From an uncultured Clostridia bacterium (GTDB lineage: Bacteria; Bacillota; Clostridia; TANB77; CAG-508): 33,639 bases of DNA. Under the pieces are notes generated by a model that did not search any database, was not told the origin of the DNA, and saw only the letters and a program-made list of their open reading frames with translations. This document shows positions 18,859 to 27,487 of the stretch, piece after piece (the first letter of the stretch is position 1; every line of letters begins with the position of its first letter). Location of the stretch: positions 1 through 33,639 of the forward strand of contig CANPZT010000003.1 of NCBI GenBank assembly GCA_947589135.1, in the 5' to 3' direction. The position numbers and the translations under genes were made by a program.

Positions 18859-19725
18859 ATGATGAAACTTGCAGATGAGTGGAAAGAATATAAAATATTA
18901 GATATGGCAGATGGGCAAAAATTAGAAAAATGGGGAAATGTAATATTATCAAGACCAGACCCACAAATTGTATGGAAAGATAAAAGTTTTCCAAATAAAT
19001 GGAAAGAAATAAATGCAACATATCACAGAAGCAAAACAGGAGGAGGTTCATGGGAATTTAATAAAAAAATACCGGATAGATGGCAAATTCACTATAAAAA
19101 TTTAACTTTTAATATCAAGCCAATGGGTTTTAAGCATACAGGACTATTTCCAGAACAAGCCGTAAACTGGGATTGGATGATTAATAAAATAAAGACAGAA
19201 AAAAGAGAAATTAAAGTATTAAATTTATTTGCATATACAGGAGGAGCAACAGTAGCATGCTTATCAGCAGGAGCATCAGTATGTCATGTAGATAGCTCAA
19301 AAGGAATGACAACATGGGCAAAAGAAAATGTTGAAGCATCAAAATTACAAGACAAACCAGTAAGATTTATAGTAGACGATGTAATAAAATTTGTAAACAG
19401 AGAAATTAGAAGAGGGAATAAGTATGATGCAATCATAATGGATCCACCATCATATGGAAGAGGAGCAAAAGGAGAAGTATGGCAATTTGAAAATAACATA
19501 TATGATTTAGTAGAATTATGCACAAAAGTATTATCAGACAATCCATTATTTTTCCTAATTAATTCATATACAACAGGAATATCAAGTACTGTACTAAAAA
19601 ATATTTTAAACCTAACAGTAGGCAAAAAATACAAAGGAAAATTAGAAGCAGGAGAAATAGGAATACCAATGGAAGAATCTAAATTAGTGCTACCATGCGG
19701 AATTTATGGTAGGTGGGAAAAATAA
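18859..19725 (+). CDS. Class I SAM-dependent methyltransferase (RlmI/YwbD-like)
   Basis: HTGLFPEQ, VLNLFAYTGG, IIMDPPSYG. Confidence 0.9.
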   Translation: MMKLADEWKEYKILDMADGQKLEKWGNVILSRPDPQIVWKDKSFPNKWKEINATYHRSKTGGGSWEFNKKIPDRWQIHYKNLTFNIKPMGFKHTGLFPEQAVNWDWMINKIKTEKREIKVLNLFAYTGGATVACLSAGASVCHVDSSKGMTTWAKENVEASKLQDKPVRFIVDDVIKFVNREIRRGNKYDAIIMDPPSYGRGAKGEVWQFENNIYDLVELCTKVLSDNPLFFLINSYTTGISSTVLKNILNLTVGKKYKGKLEAGEIGIPMEESKLVLPCGIYGRWEK

Positions 19726-20406
19726 TGCAAGATTTAAAAGTTATTTATGAAGATAATCATATTATTGTTGTAGAAAAAAAGCCTAATATTCCGTCACAGG
19801 CAGATAAAACTGGTGATATTGATATGTTAACAATCGTAAAACAGTATATAAAAGAAAAGTACAATAAGCCTGGTAATGTATATTTAGGATTAGTTCATAG
19901 ATTAGATAGACCAGTGGGTGGAGTAATGATATTTGCTAAAACTTCTAAGGCTGCTTCTAGATTAAGCAATCAGGTAAGAGAAAAGATATTTAAGAAAAAG
20001 TACCTAGCAGTAGTTGATGGTAAATTTGAAAATAAGAAGCGGAGTTTTAGAAGATTACTTATATAAAGATGAAAGAAATAATATAAGTAAAGTTGTAAAC
20101 AAGGAAAAGAAAAATGCTAAATTAGCAAAGTTAGATTATGAGGTAGAAAAATATAATGAAATAAAAGATTTAAGCTTGGTAAAGGTAAATTTACATACAG
20201 GAAGACATCATCAGATTAGAGTGCAACTTGCAAATAGTGGACATAGCATTTTTGGAGACCAAAAATATGGTACAAGAGGAAAAGGAAAACAAATTGCATT
20301 GTGGGCTTATGAACTTACAATAATTCATCCAATTACAAAGGAAGAAATGGTATTTAAAGATTTACCAGAACCAATTGGAACTTGGTGTATATTAAAAAAT
20401 GATTGA
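19725..20406 (+). CDS. RluA-family pseudouridine synthase, split by a +1 frameshift at CGG 20040-20042 (226 aa when joined)
   Basis: TAATG-coupled start; VHRLDRPVGG and KKYLAVV in frame 0; GVLEDYL...TGRHHQIRVQ...IFGDQKYG in the +1 frame. Confidence 0.88.
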
Positions 20407-20461
20407 ATCATAAGAAAAAAATGTTACATTAATGCAAATTTCACAAATTAAGCAAAAATGT

Positions 20462-20490
20462 TTGCATTTTATAAAAAACTATGTTACAAT
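20462..20490 (+). promoter_or_regulatory. Sigma-A-like promoter of secG-rnr
   Basis: TTGCAT-17 nt-TACAAT with TG. Confidence 0.55.
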
Positions 20491-20533
20491 ACTTAAGTAA
20501 AAAAAGAGAAAAACTGTTAGGAGGAATTCATAA

Positions 20534-20782
20534 ATGGAAATAGCAAAAAGAATATTAATAGTAATTTATTTCTTAGTAGCATTTATATTAATTATATTAG
20601 CATTAATTCAAACAAAAGAAGATGCAGGGTTATCTTCAACAATAACAGGTTCATCAACAAGTAATTTTTATGAAAAAAATAAAGGAAGAACAAAAGAAGG
20701 AAAACAAAAAAGATGGACTATAATTTTATCAGTAGTATTTGCAATATTGACAATAAGTTTAGGAATATTATATATGGCATAG
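20534..20782 (+). CDS. secG: Preprotein translocase subunit SecG
   Basis: Two TMs with an LIQ...AGLSSTITG linker; secG-rnr synteny. Confidence 0.9.
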   Translation: MEIAKRILIVIYFLVAFILIILALIQTKEDAGLSSTITGSSTSNFYEKNKGRTKEGKQKRWTIILSVVFAILTISLGILYMA

Positions 20783-20882
20783 ATGTAATAAGAAGGGCGG
20801 TTTTTATATAAAAACACGCTCTTTTTTAGAATAGAGATGCTTTAGTATTTTGTAACATAATCCATGATGGAAAGGAAAAGAT

Positions 20883-23024
20883 ATGAAAGAAAGAAAAGAA
20901 AAAATTTTAGAATTAATGAAAGATGACGACTATGTGCCGATGAAGGCAAAAGAAATTGCTATGATTATGAGAGTACCTAAAAATGAATATAGAGAGTTTT
21001 TAGAATTATTAGGAGAGTTAGAATTAGATTTCAAAATTCAAAAGAATAGAAAAAATAGATATCGAATTGTTGATAAAAAATATTATGATGGAATTTATCG
21101 TAAAAATCAAAAAGGGTTTGGTTTTGTACGTATGGAAGACCAAGAGGATGAAATATATATTACTAAAGAAAATTCTTTAAATGCTTTAAATGGAGATAGA
21201 GTTTTAATTGAAATTATAGAAGAAAAAAATAAAATAAAAAGTGCAGAAGGAAAAGTCGTTAAAATATTAAAACATGAAAAAGATACGATAGTTGGAATTT
21301 TTCAAAATAATAAGACATTTGGATTTGTAATTCCAGATGATAAAAACTTTGGTACAGATATTTATATTTCTAAAAAAGATATTGGAAAAGCTAGGAGTAA
21401 TCATAAGGTTCTAGTAAAAATTACTAAATATCCTGAAAAGGGTAAAAAGGCAGAAGGAAAAATAATCGAGGTTCTAGGAAATGTAAATGAAGCAGGGGTT
21501 GATATGCTTTCTCTAATTAAAGAGCATAATCTGCCATCAGTGTTTCCAGAACCAGTTATAGAAGAAGCAAAAAGATGTGGAAATTATATAGATAAAAAAG
21601 ATATTCCAAATAGAGTAGATGCACGAGATAAAATAATATTTACTATTGATGGAGAAGATGCAAAAGATTTAGATGATGCAGTTAGGGTTGAAAAATTAGA
21701 AAACGGAAATTATAAGCTAGATGTTCATATTGCAGATGTTAGTTACTATGTAAAAGAAGATAGCTTATTAGATCAAGAAGCTTTAATTAGAGGAACTAGT
21801 ATTTACATGCTAGGAAGAGTTATACCAATGCTTCCAAGAGAATTATCAAATGGAATATGCAGTTTAAATGCAGGAGAAGATAGATTTACATTATCATGTA
21901 GTATGGAAATAGATAAAGATGGAAATGTAGTATCTTCTGAGGTATATAAAGCAATTATAAATGTAACTGAAAGAATGAGTTATACGGATGTACAAAAAAT
22001 AATAGATGAATCAGACCAAGAAGTACTAAAAAGATATGAACCATACATTTCAGATTTTAAGTTAATGGCAGAACTAGCACATATTTTGAAAGATAAAAGA
22101 ATGGAGCAAGGGTATTTAAATTTAGATATACCAGAAAGCAAAATTGATTTAGATATTGATGGAAAAGTTAGTAATATTTCAAAATATGAAACTACTTTTG
22201 CACATGAAATAATTGAACAATTTATGCTAATAGCAAATGAAACTATTGCTGAAAAATTTTTCTGGTTAGAAGCACCATTTATTTATCGTGTACACGAAGA
22301 ACCAGACATAGAAAAAATACAAGAATTAAACAAATTTCTATTTAATTTTGGTTTGAAAATTAAAGCAAATAAAGATAATATATATCCAAAAGAATTTGCT
22401 AAAATCTTAGAAGAAATAAAAGGAAGAGAAGAAGAAAAGGTAGTATCAAATTTAATATTAAGAACTTTAAAAGTAGCAAGATATGAAGCAGAAAATAAAG
22501 GACACTTTGGTATTGCAAGTAAATATTATTGTCATTTTACTTCACCAATTAGAAGATATCCAGATCTATTTATACATAGGATTATTTCTATGTATTTAAA
22601 AGAAAATTATGATGTACAAGAAAAAGCAATTGAAAAATATAGAGTAGAAGCAGAAGAAAGAGCAAAACAATCATCAGAAAGAGAAAAAGTTGCAACACAA
22701 GTAGAAAGAGAATCAGAAGATATTAAAAAAGCTGAATATATGGAATCTAGAATTGGACAAGAGTATGAAGGGATTGTTTCATCTATTACATCGTTTGGAA
22801 TGTTTGTAGAATTAGAAAATACTGTAGAAGGTCTTATTCGTTTTGATAAAATGGGAGATGAATATTTTATTTACGATGAAGACAGAAAAAGATTAATTGG
22901 AGAAAGAACAAACAAAATATACAAAATTGGAGATAAAGTAAAAATTAGGGTTGATAAAGCAAGTAAATTATTAAGGCAAATTGATTTTGAATTAGTTAAT
23001 GTCAAAAGTAATGAAGATTTTTGA
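20883..23024 (+). CDS. rnr: Ribonuclease R
   Basis: TIDGEDAKDLDDA, HFTSPIRRYPDL and a C-terminal S1 domain. Confidence 0.97.
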   Translation: MKERKEKILELMKDDDYVPMKAKEIAMIMRVPKNEYREFLELLGELELDFKIQKNRKNRYRIVDKKYYDGIYRKNQKGFGFVRMEDQEDEIYITKENSLNALNGDRVLIEIIEEKNKIKSAEGKVVKILKHEKDTIVGIFQNNKTFGFVIPDDKNFGTDIYISKKDIGKARSNHKVLVKITKYPEKGKKAEGKIIEVLGNVNEAGVDMLSLIKEHNLPSVFPEPVIEEAKRCGNYIDKKDIPNRVDARDKIIFTIDGEDAKDLDDAVRVEKLENGNYKLDVHIADVSYYVKEDSLLDQEALIRGTSIYMLGRVIPMLPRELSNGICSLNAGEDRFTLSCSMEIDKDGNVVSSEVYKAIINVTERMSYTDVQKIIDESDQEVLKRYEPYISDFKLMAELAHILKDKRMEQGYLNLDIPESKIDLDIDGKVSNISKYETTFAHEIIEQFMLIANETIAEKFFWLEAPFIYRVHEEPDIEKIQELNKFLFNFGLKIKANKDNIYPKEFAKILEEIKGREEEKVVSNLILRTLKVARYEAENKGHFGIASKYYCHFTSPIRRYPDLFIHRIISMYLKENYDVQEKAIEKYRVEAEERAKQSSEREKVATQVERESEDIKKAEYMESRIGQEYEGIVSSITSFGMFVELENTVEGLIRFDKMGDEYFIYDEDRKRLIGERTNKIYKIGDKVKIRVDKASKLLRQIDFELVNVKSNEDF

Positions 23025-23070
23025 TATATATATAGTTTGTAATAATTAAATTTGATTAAAAAAATATAAA

Positions 23071-23110
23071 AAAAGTGTGTCAAAAAGACGGGTTCTTTTA
23101 ACACACTTTT
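23071..23110. terminator. Hairpin between convergent rnr and the pilin-like gene
   Basis: AAAAGTGTGT...ACACACTTTT. Confidence 0.65.
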
Positions 23111-23115
23111 AAGAT

Positions 23116-24603
23116 TTAAGTTATAGGTCTAATTTCATAAACTCTTTTACCATAATTAAATTTCAAAAATTTAGCATTTTCTGGAATTTTAAATGTTTGT
23201 GTACCATTAGACCAACCATATTTAGTTATTGTTTGTATTGTTTGTTTACTACTATTACATATATACAATGCAAAAGATTCTTGTTTTTCAGATACTTGAA
23301 CATTTTTTCCAATCATAGAAGGATCTATTTCTATATAGAGATTATCATTTACATTAAAATAGGTATTATCATTACCATCATATGCAGCAACACCCAAAGC
23401 ATCAGAAGGTAAAACAGCTGTGTAAGTTGACATTGTCGACTCTACACCATATCTATCTATTCCTTTTGCATATATAGTTTTTCCTAAATCCAATGATATT
23501 GTATCGCCATCATGATATTCATTCCACGTTGTTTTATCATCTGTACTATATAATTTAGTTTCACTAGTATCAAAATAATTTATTGTTATAGAACTAAAAG
23601 ATTGTTGTATACCAGTTGGAGTTATTTTAGGATAATATTTTACTATATTAAGTGATGGTTCATTTATAAGTCTAACTTCATTGACAGTTACATTATAAAA
23701 CATTAGAAATTTAGCATTTTCTGGAATTGTAAAAGTTTGTCTGTTACTAGACCAACCATATATACTTATTCTCTGTATGCTTTGTTTATTTTCATCACAT
23801 ATATATAAATCAAAAGACTCTACGTGTTCATAAACTTGAACCTTTTTACCAATCATAGAAGGTTCTATTTCTATATAATAGGTATTGCGATAACCTCCAA
23901 CACTAGTATTATCATTACCATCATATGCAGCAAGACCTAAAGCATCAGGAGCTAAATTCATTTTAATTGCTTCTTTATCTAATTTTGTTATTTCCTGTTG
24001 TTTTATACTTTTTGCTAAAATAGTACATTCTTTTTCTACTACGAACTCACCTTCATATGTTATCCATGTATTACCATTATCTATACTATAATAATTATTT
24101 GTTTCTTCTCCATAATCTATTGTAACTTTTTTATTTAATTTTATACCATATGATGTTAATATAGGATAAATACTTGATTCATTTTGTGAAATTACAGGTT
24201 TTGCATCAACATTTGCCTTCAGAACATAATTTTTAAAATCATCATCACTTTTACGCTTGATTTTAAAAGTATATTCATTACCTGATTCAACATTATAATC
24301 TATTGCTAATTTATTTTTATTTACATTTATTATATTGTCATCTGGAGTTTGTACTTGTTCTATTTCGTCATTACTTTCTATCATTATTGTAATATAAATA
24401 TTATTTTCACTTATTGAATTGACAACATATACTGTATCTATCTTATGTTCTTCTTGTATATTTTGTTCTTGCTCACCAAATGCTTTAGAAAATAAACCAT
24501 TTTTTTCTGTTATATTTTTTATAGTTATTCCTGACAAAACAAGCAATATTATAATTGCTATTACCAGAGTTATTAAGGTTATGCATTTTACCTTATTTTT
24601 CAT
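23116..24603 (-). CDS. Type IV pilin-like N-terminal helix protein with a duplicated ~180-aa extracellular module
   Basis: KCITLITLVIAIIILLVLSGITI...NGLFSKA; two copies of DALG.AAYDGNDNT...YIEI.PSMIGK...YGWS...QTF.IPENAKFL, 540 nt apart. Confidence 0.7.
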   Translation of the reverse strand: MKNKVKCITLITLVIAIIILLVLSGITIKNITEKNGLFSKAFGEQEQNIQEEHKIDTVYVVNSISENNIYITIMIESNDEIEQVQTPDDNIINVNKNKLAIDYNVESGNEYTFKIKRKSDDDFKNYVLKANVDAKPVISQNESSIYPILTSYGIKLNKKVTIDYGEETNNYYSIDNGNTWITYEGEFVVEKECTILAKSIKQQEITKLDKEAIKMNLAPDALGLAAYDGNDNTSVGGYRNTYYIEIEPSMIGKKVQVYEHVESFDLYICDENKQSIQRISIYGWSSNRQTFTIPENAKFLMFYNVTVNEVRLINEPSLNIVKYYPKITPTGIQQSFSSITINYFDTSETKLYSTDDKTTWNEYHDGDTISLDLGKTIYAKGIDRYGVESTMSTYTAVLPSDALGVAAYDGNDNTYFNVNDNLYIEIDPSMIGKNVQVSEKQESFALYICNSSKQTIQTITKYGWSNGTQTFKIPENAKFLKFNYGKRVYEIRPIT

Positions 24604-24806
24604 TTGTTTTTTCTCCTCTTACTATAAATGATTAGATTATCTAGTGATATCTTAATTTTCCTTTTACTTTTTGAATTAATTTAATAACATTTTTTTTATT
24701 GTTCATTTTTTATTAAAGAAATTTATGTCTAGCTGTTATTACAACTAAATTATAACATTGCAATTCTTATTTGTAAACGATTTTTATGTTACATTTTAGT
24801 TACAGA

Positions 24807-24986
24807 TTAATACATAAACATCATAGTATTAAAGAAAATAACAACTAATATAGAAAAAACAATAACAGTAATACCACCAGATTTATTTTGTTTTTCTTTT
24901 AGTTCATATAAACCATAGCCAATAGTTTTAAGTAAAATATAAAGGCTAATTAGTAAAAAAATAATATCAAAAATAGTATGAGTCAA
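24807..24986 (-). CDS. Small 2-TM membrane protein (59 aa), absent from the ORF track
   Basis: AGGAGG SD and TTG start: MTHTIFDIIFLLISLYILLKTIGYGLYELKEKQNKSGGITVIVFSILVVIFFNTMMFMY. Confidence 0.75.
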   Translation of the reverse strand: MTHTIFDIIFLLISLYILLKTIGYGLYELKEKQNKSGGITVIVFSILVVIFFNTMMFMY

Positions 24987-25060
24987 AGCAAAACCTCCTA
25001 TTTATTTTTTATAATAATTATGTCTTGACGACAATTATATTAATTATATTTTAACAATAA

Positions 25061-26284
25061 TTATGTTTCAGTAACAAGCATACTTGATCTTACCTTAGTA
25101 TCAATATCTACATCAAAAAAAGCATTTCTATAATTATCTAACCAATGATAATTATACACATCATCTACTGTAAAAAAATTAGAAAGAGCATCTAATCCAA
25201 ACCCATTTATATCAGAGTTGTATTCCCTTGAAGTTTTATATAAAAAACTAGATAAAGCTGATTCTAAATAATGATTACAACTTTCCGAAATAGAATCCAA
25301 AACTTTTGGCGTTAAATAGCTAGAATCTTCAGACATTGAAGCAATTCTTCCAGAGAATGTTAGTTTTACTTTAATATATGGAGAAGATGTAGAAGTATCA
25401 ACTTTAATTTGAGAATAGTTGTAAGGTGCCAAATAAATATCTAAATATTTTCCACTATTAACAGGGTCTGGAACTGAAATTAAAAATCTATCTAATTGAT
25501 TTTCAATTGTTAAAAAACAAATTGTTTCCAATGCATTTAATTCTCCTACAAGTTGATCATTTTTAAATACAGCAACTCCAATATTTTCAGTTCCGTTTTT
25601 TCCTTCAATAGAAGACTCATTTGCCTTAATTGAATAATCTTGTTCAGCAGTAGGAGATGAATCAGATTGAGAGTTAGACTGATTAATACCTCCTAAAATT
25701 GCAAAGGGCTGACAACTTTTACAATTTGAACTATTAAAAAAATTACCAATGGTAGAATTAGGGATGTATCCAGTATATTTACTTGATTTTGTTAAAACTT
25801 CATAGTATTTATAAATTGAATTTTCTAATTCTGCCTGTGTTTGTTCAATATAATATTTTGCATCACATTTTGAAACAATAATTTTTGCAGAAGGTCTAAC
25901 TTGTGTATCATTTGTCAAAGTATAGATTTCATCTGTAATTCCTTGATAAGCAAATTCTTCAGAAAAAATAATTACCTTACAATGTGACATGTTGATTTCT
26001 TTTCCCATATAACTATTCATTAAATTAATAGCATTTGTCAAAGAAGAAGCTTTTACAGAATTTATTACAGGCTTTGCTTTTTCAGTTGAACCAGACTCAC
26101 TAGCAGCTGTTGTAGTAGAAAATTCAAAAGTTACTTCTAGTTCATTTTCATCAGAAGTATCAATACCAATTGCTAATACATAAGCTAAATTATCAATATT
26201 AAGTGATGCATATGAACTAGAGAATGCAACTACAAATATTATAATTAAAATAAAAACAAATAAATTCCTTAGAAACTTAGGCAT
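25061..26284 (-). CDS. gerKC: Ger(x)C-family spore germination protein
   Basis: AYVLAIGID, SHCKVIIFSEE, GVAVFKND.LVG; SD-preceded ATG at 26284 overlapping the gerKB end. Confidence 0.88.
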   Translation of the reverse strand: MPKFLRNLFVFILIIIFVVAFSSSYASLNIDNLAYVLAIGIDTSDENELEVTFEFSTTTAASESGSTEKAKPVINSVKASSLTNAINLMNSYMGKEINMSHCKVIIFSEEFAYQGITDEIYTLTNDTQVRPSAKIIVSKCDAKYYIEQTQAELENSIYKYYEVLTKSSKYTGYIPNSTIGNFFNSSNCKSCQPFAILGGINQSNSQSDSSPTAEQDYSIKANESSIEGKNGTENIGVAVFKNDQLVGELNALETICFLTIENQLDRFLISVPDPVNSGKYLDIYLAPYNYSQIKVDTSTSSPYIKVKLTFSGRIASMSEDSSYLTPKVLDSISESCNHYLESALSSFLYKTSREYNSDINGFGLDALSNFFTVDDVYNYHWLDNYRNAFFDVDIDTKVRSSMLVTET

Positions 26285-27389
26285 TTGAATTCTCCTTTCC
26301 ATTGTTATTTTGTTTCTTTTTTCGTAAATTTGCAAGTATTAGAATACTAATGCTTAAGACAAATACAATTCCTATAACTAAATTAGGATATATTTTAGTT
26401 TCGAACATATTAGAAACTGCATAATTTTTAGGAAATATACTAATTCCGAAAATTAATAAACCAAAAATATCAATTAAAGCTTTTTTATTTTCTATATTTG
26501 TTATTTTTTGAAAAATACGCATGCTAAATTTACTAATAATGCTTAGGTAACAGGCAAAGGCTAAAATCCATATTAGTAAAAATACAGATTCTAATCTTTG
26601 AAAGAAATTACCAAATTCTATATAACGAGTTGCATTGTATAAAGGTGTAATTTCGTTTGTATCTAAGAAAAAAGAAAACATAAAAAGTAAAGTAGCAACA
26701 CATAAAACAAGATAGATAGCAGAAATACCAATTGATATAAATGTTATTTTTTTCATATCTTCAGGTTTATTTAGTAATGGTGGCAAAAAATATAAAAAAA
26801 CTATCCCACCAAAAGAAGCCAAATTTGTCAATCCTAAAATAAAAGTATCCAATAATCCTTTACCAAAAATAGGAAACATCCTTTGTGGAGTAAACTGATT
26901 CATATTTGAAAAAAATAAAAATATAATGCTTCCTAGAACTAATGGTATAATTAAAGCATTTGTTTTTAAGCTAGCACTAAAATCAAGTCTATTAGCTGCA
27001 CATATAGCAACTACAAATAGCAAAACAATATAAATAATATTTGTCATTGGATAATAAATAATTTTAATGCTTTCGCAAAAGTTCCTAAGTAAAATACTTG
27101 ATGTAATTATAAAATAAGCAATAAAGATAATTCCGATAATTGTTTTTAATAATCCTCCACCTAAATATTCTGAAATATCAATAATGTCAGCACTTGGAAA
27201 AGTTTTTAATAAACGATAAATGAAGTATCCAATAAAAATAACAATGATACCAACATAAATTATATTTAAAATAGAAGCAGAGTCAGTAGAAACTAATATG
27301 TTTCTTGGAAGAGATAAAATAGTATGTGTTACAACAATTGTTAAAACAAGCATAATAGCATCAAGAGTGCTTATTTTAGAAGAACTCAT
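26277..27389 (-). CDS. gerKB: GerAB/ArcD-type spore germination permease
   Basis: About 10 TMs; FFQRLESVFLLIW motif; operon position. Confidence 0.88.
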   Translation of the reverse strand: MSSSKISTLDAIMLVLTIVVTHTILSLPRNILVSTDSASILNIIYVGIIVIFIGYFIYRLLKTFPSADIIDISEYLGGGLLKTIIGIIFIAYFIITSSILLRNFCESIKIIYYPMTNIIYIVLLFVVAICAANRLDFSASLKTNALIIPLVLGSIIFLFFSNMNQFTPQRMFPIFGKGLLDTFILGLTNLASFGGIVFLYFLPPLLNKPEDMKKITFISIGISAIYLVLCVATLLFMFSFFLDTNEITPLYNATRYIEFGNFFQRLESVFLLIWILAFACYLSIISKFSMRIFQKITNIENKKALIDIFGLLIFGISIFPKNYAVSNMFETKIYPNLVIGIVFVLSISILILANLRKKKQNNNGKENSNA

Positions 27390-27411
27390 ATAGTAATCAA
27401 TCCTTGCATGT

Positions 27412-27450
27412 TATATTTAGGTTTTTAATAGAGGCTTTACCTATAAACCT
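27412..27450 (-). repeat. 39-nt intra-operon element, copy 2
   Basis: Minus strand reads AGGTTTATAGGTAAAGCCTCTATTAAAAACCTAAATATA, 22 nt before the gerKB ATG. Confidence 0.75.
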
Positions 27451-27487
27451 TGTTATATTTATAGTTTTAAAATTAATAATGATTAGC

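Noticed and set aside
3550-23024. AGG or other Arg codons as shift or reassignment signals
   Set aside because: AGG, CGA and CGT occur in frame within intact genes (e.g. rpiB GCT AGG AAA, uvrC AGA AGG CTA) without frame breaks.
23161-23950. Near-identical segments 540 nt apart as a DGR template/variable repeat pair
   Set aside because: Differences are not confined to adenines, both copies are in-frame coding modules, and there is no reverse transcriptase in the window.
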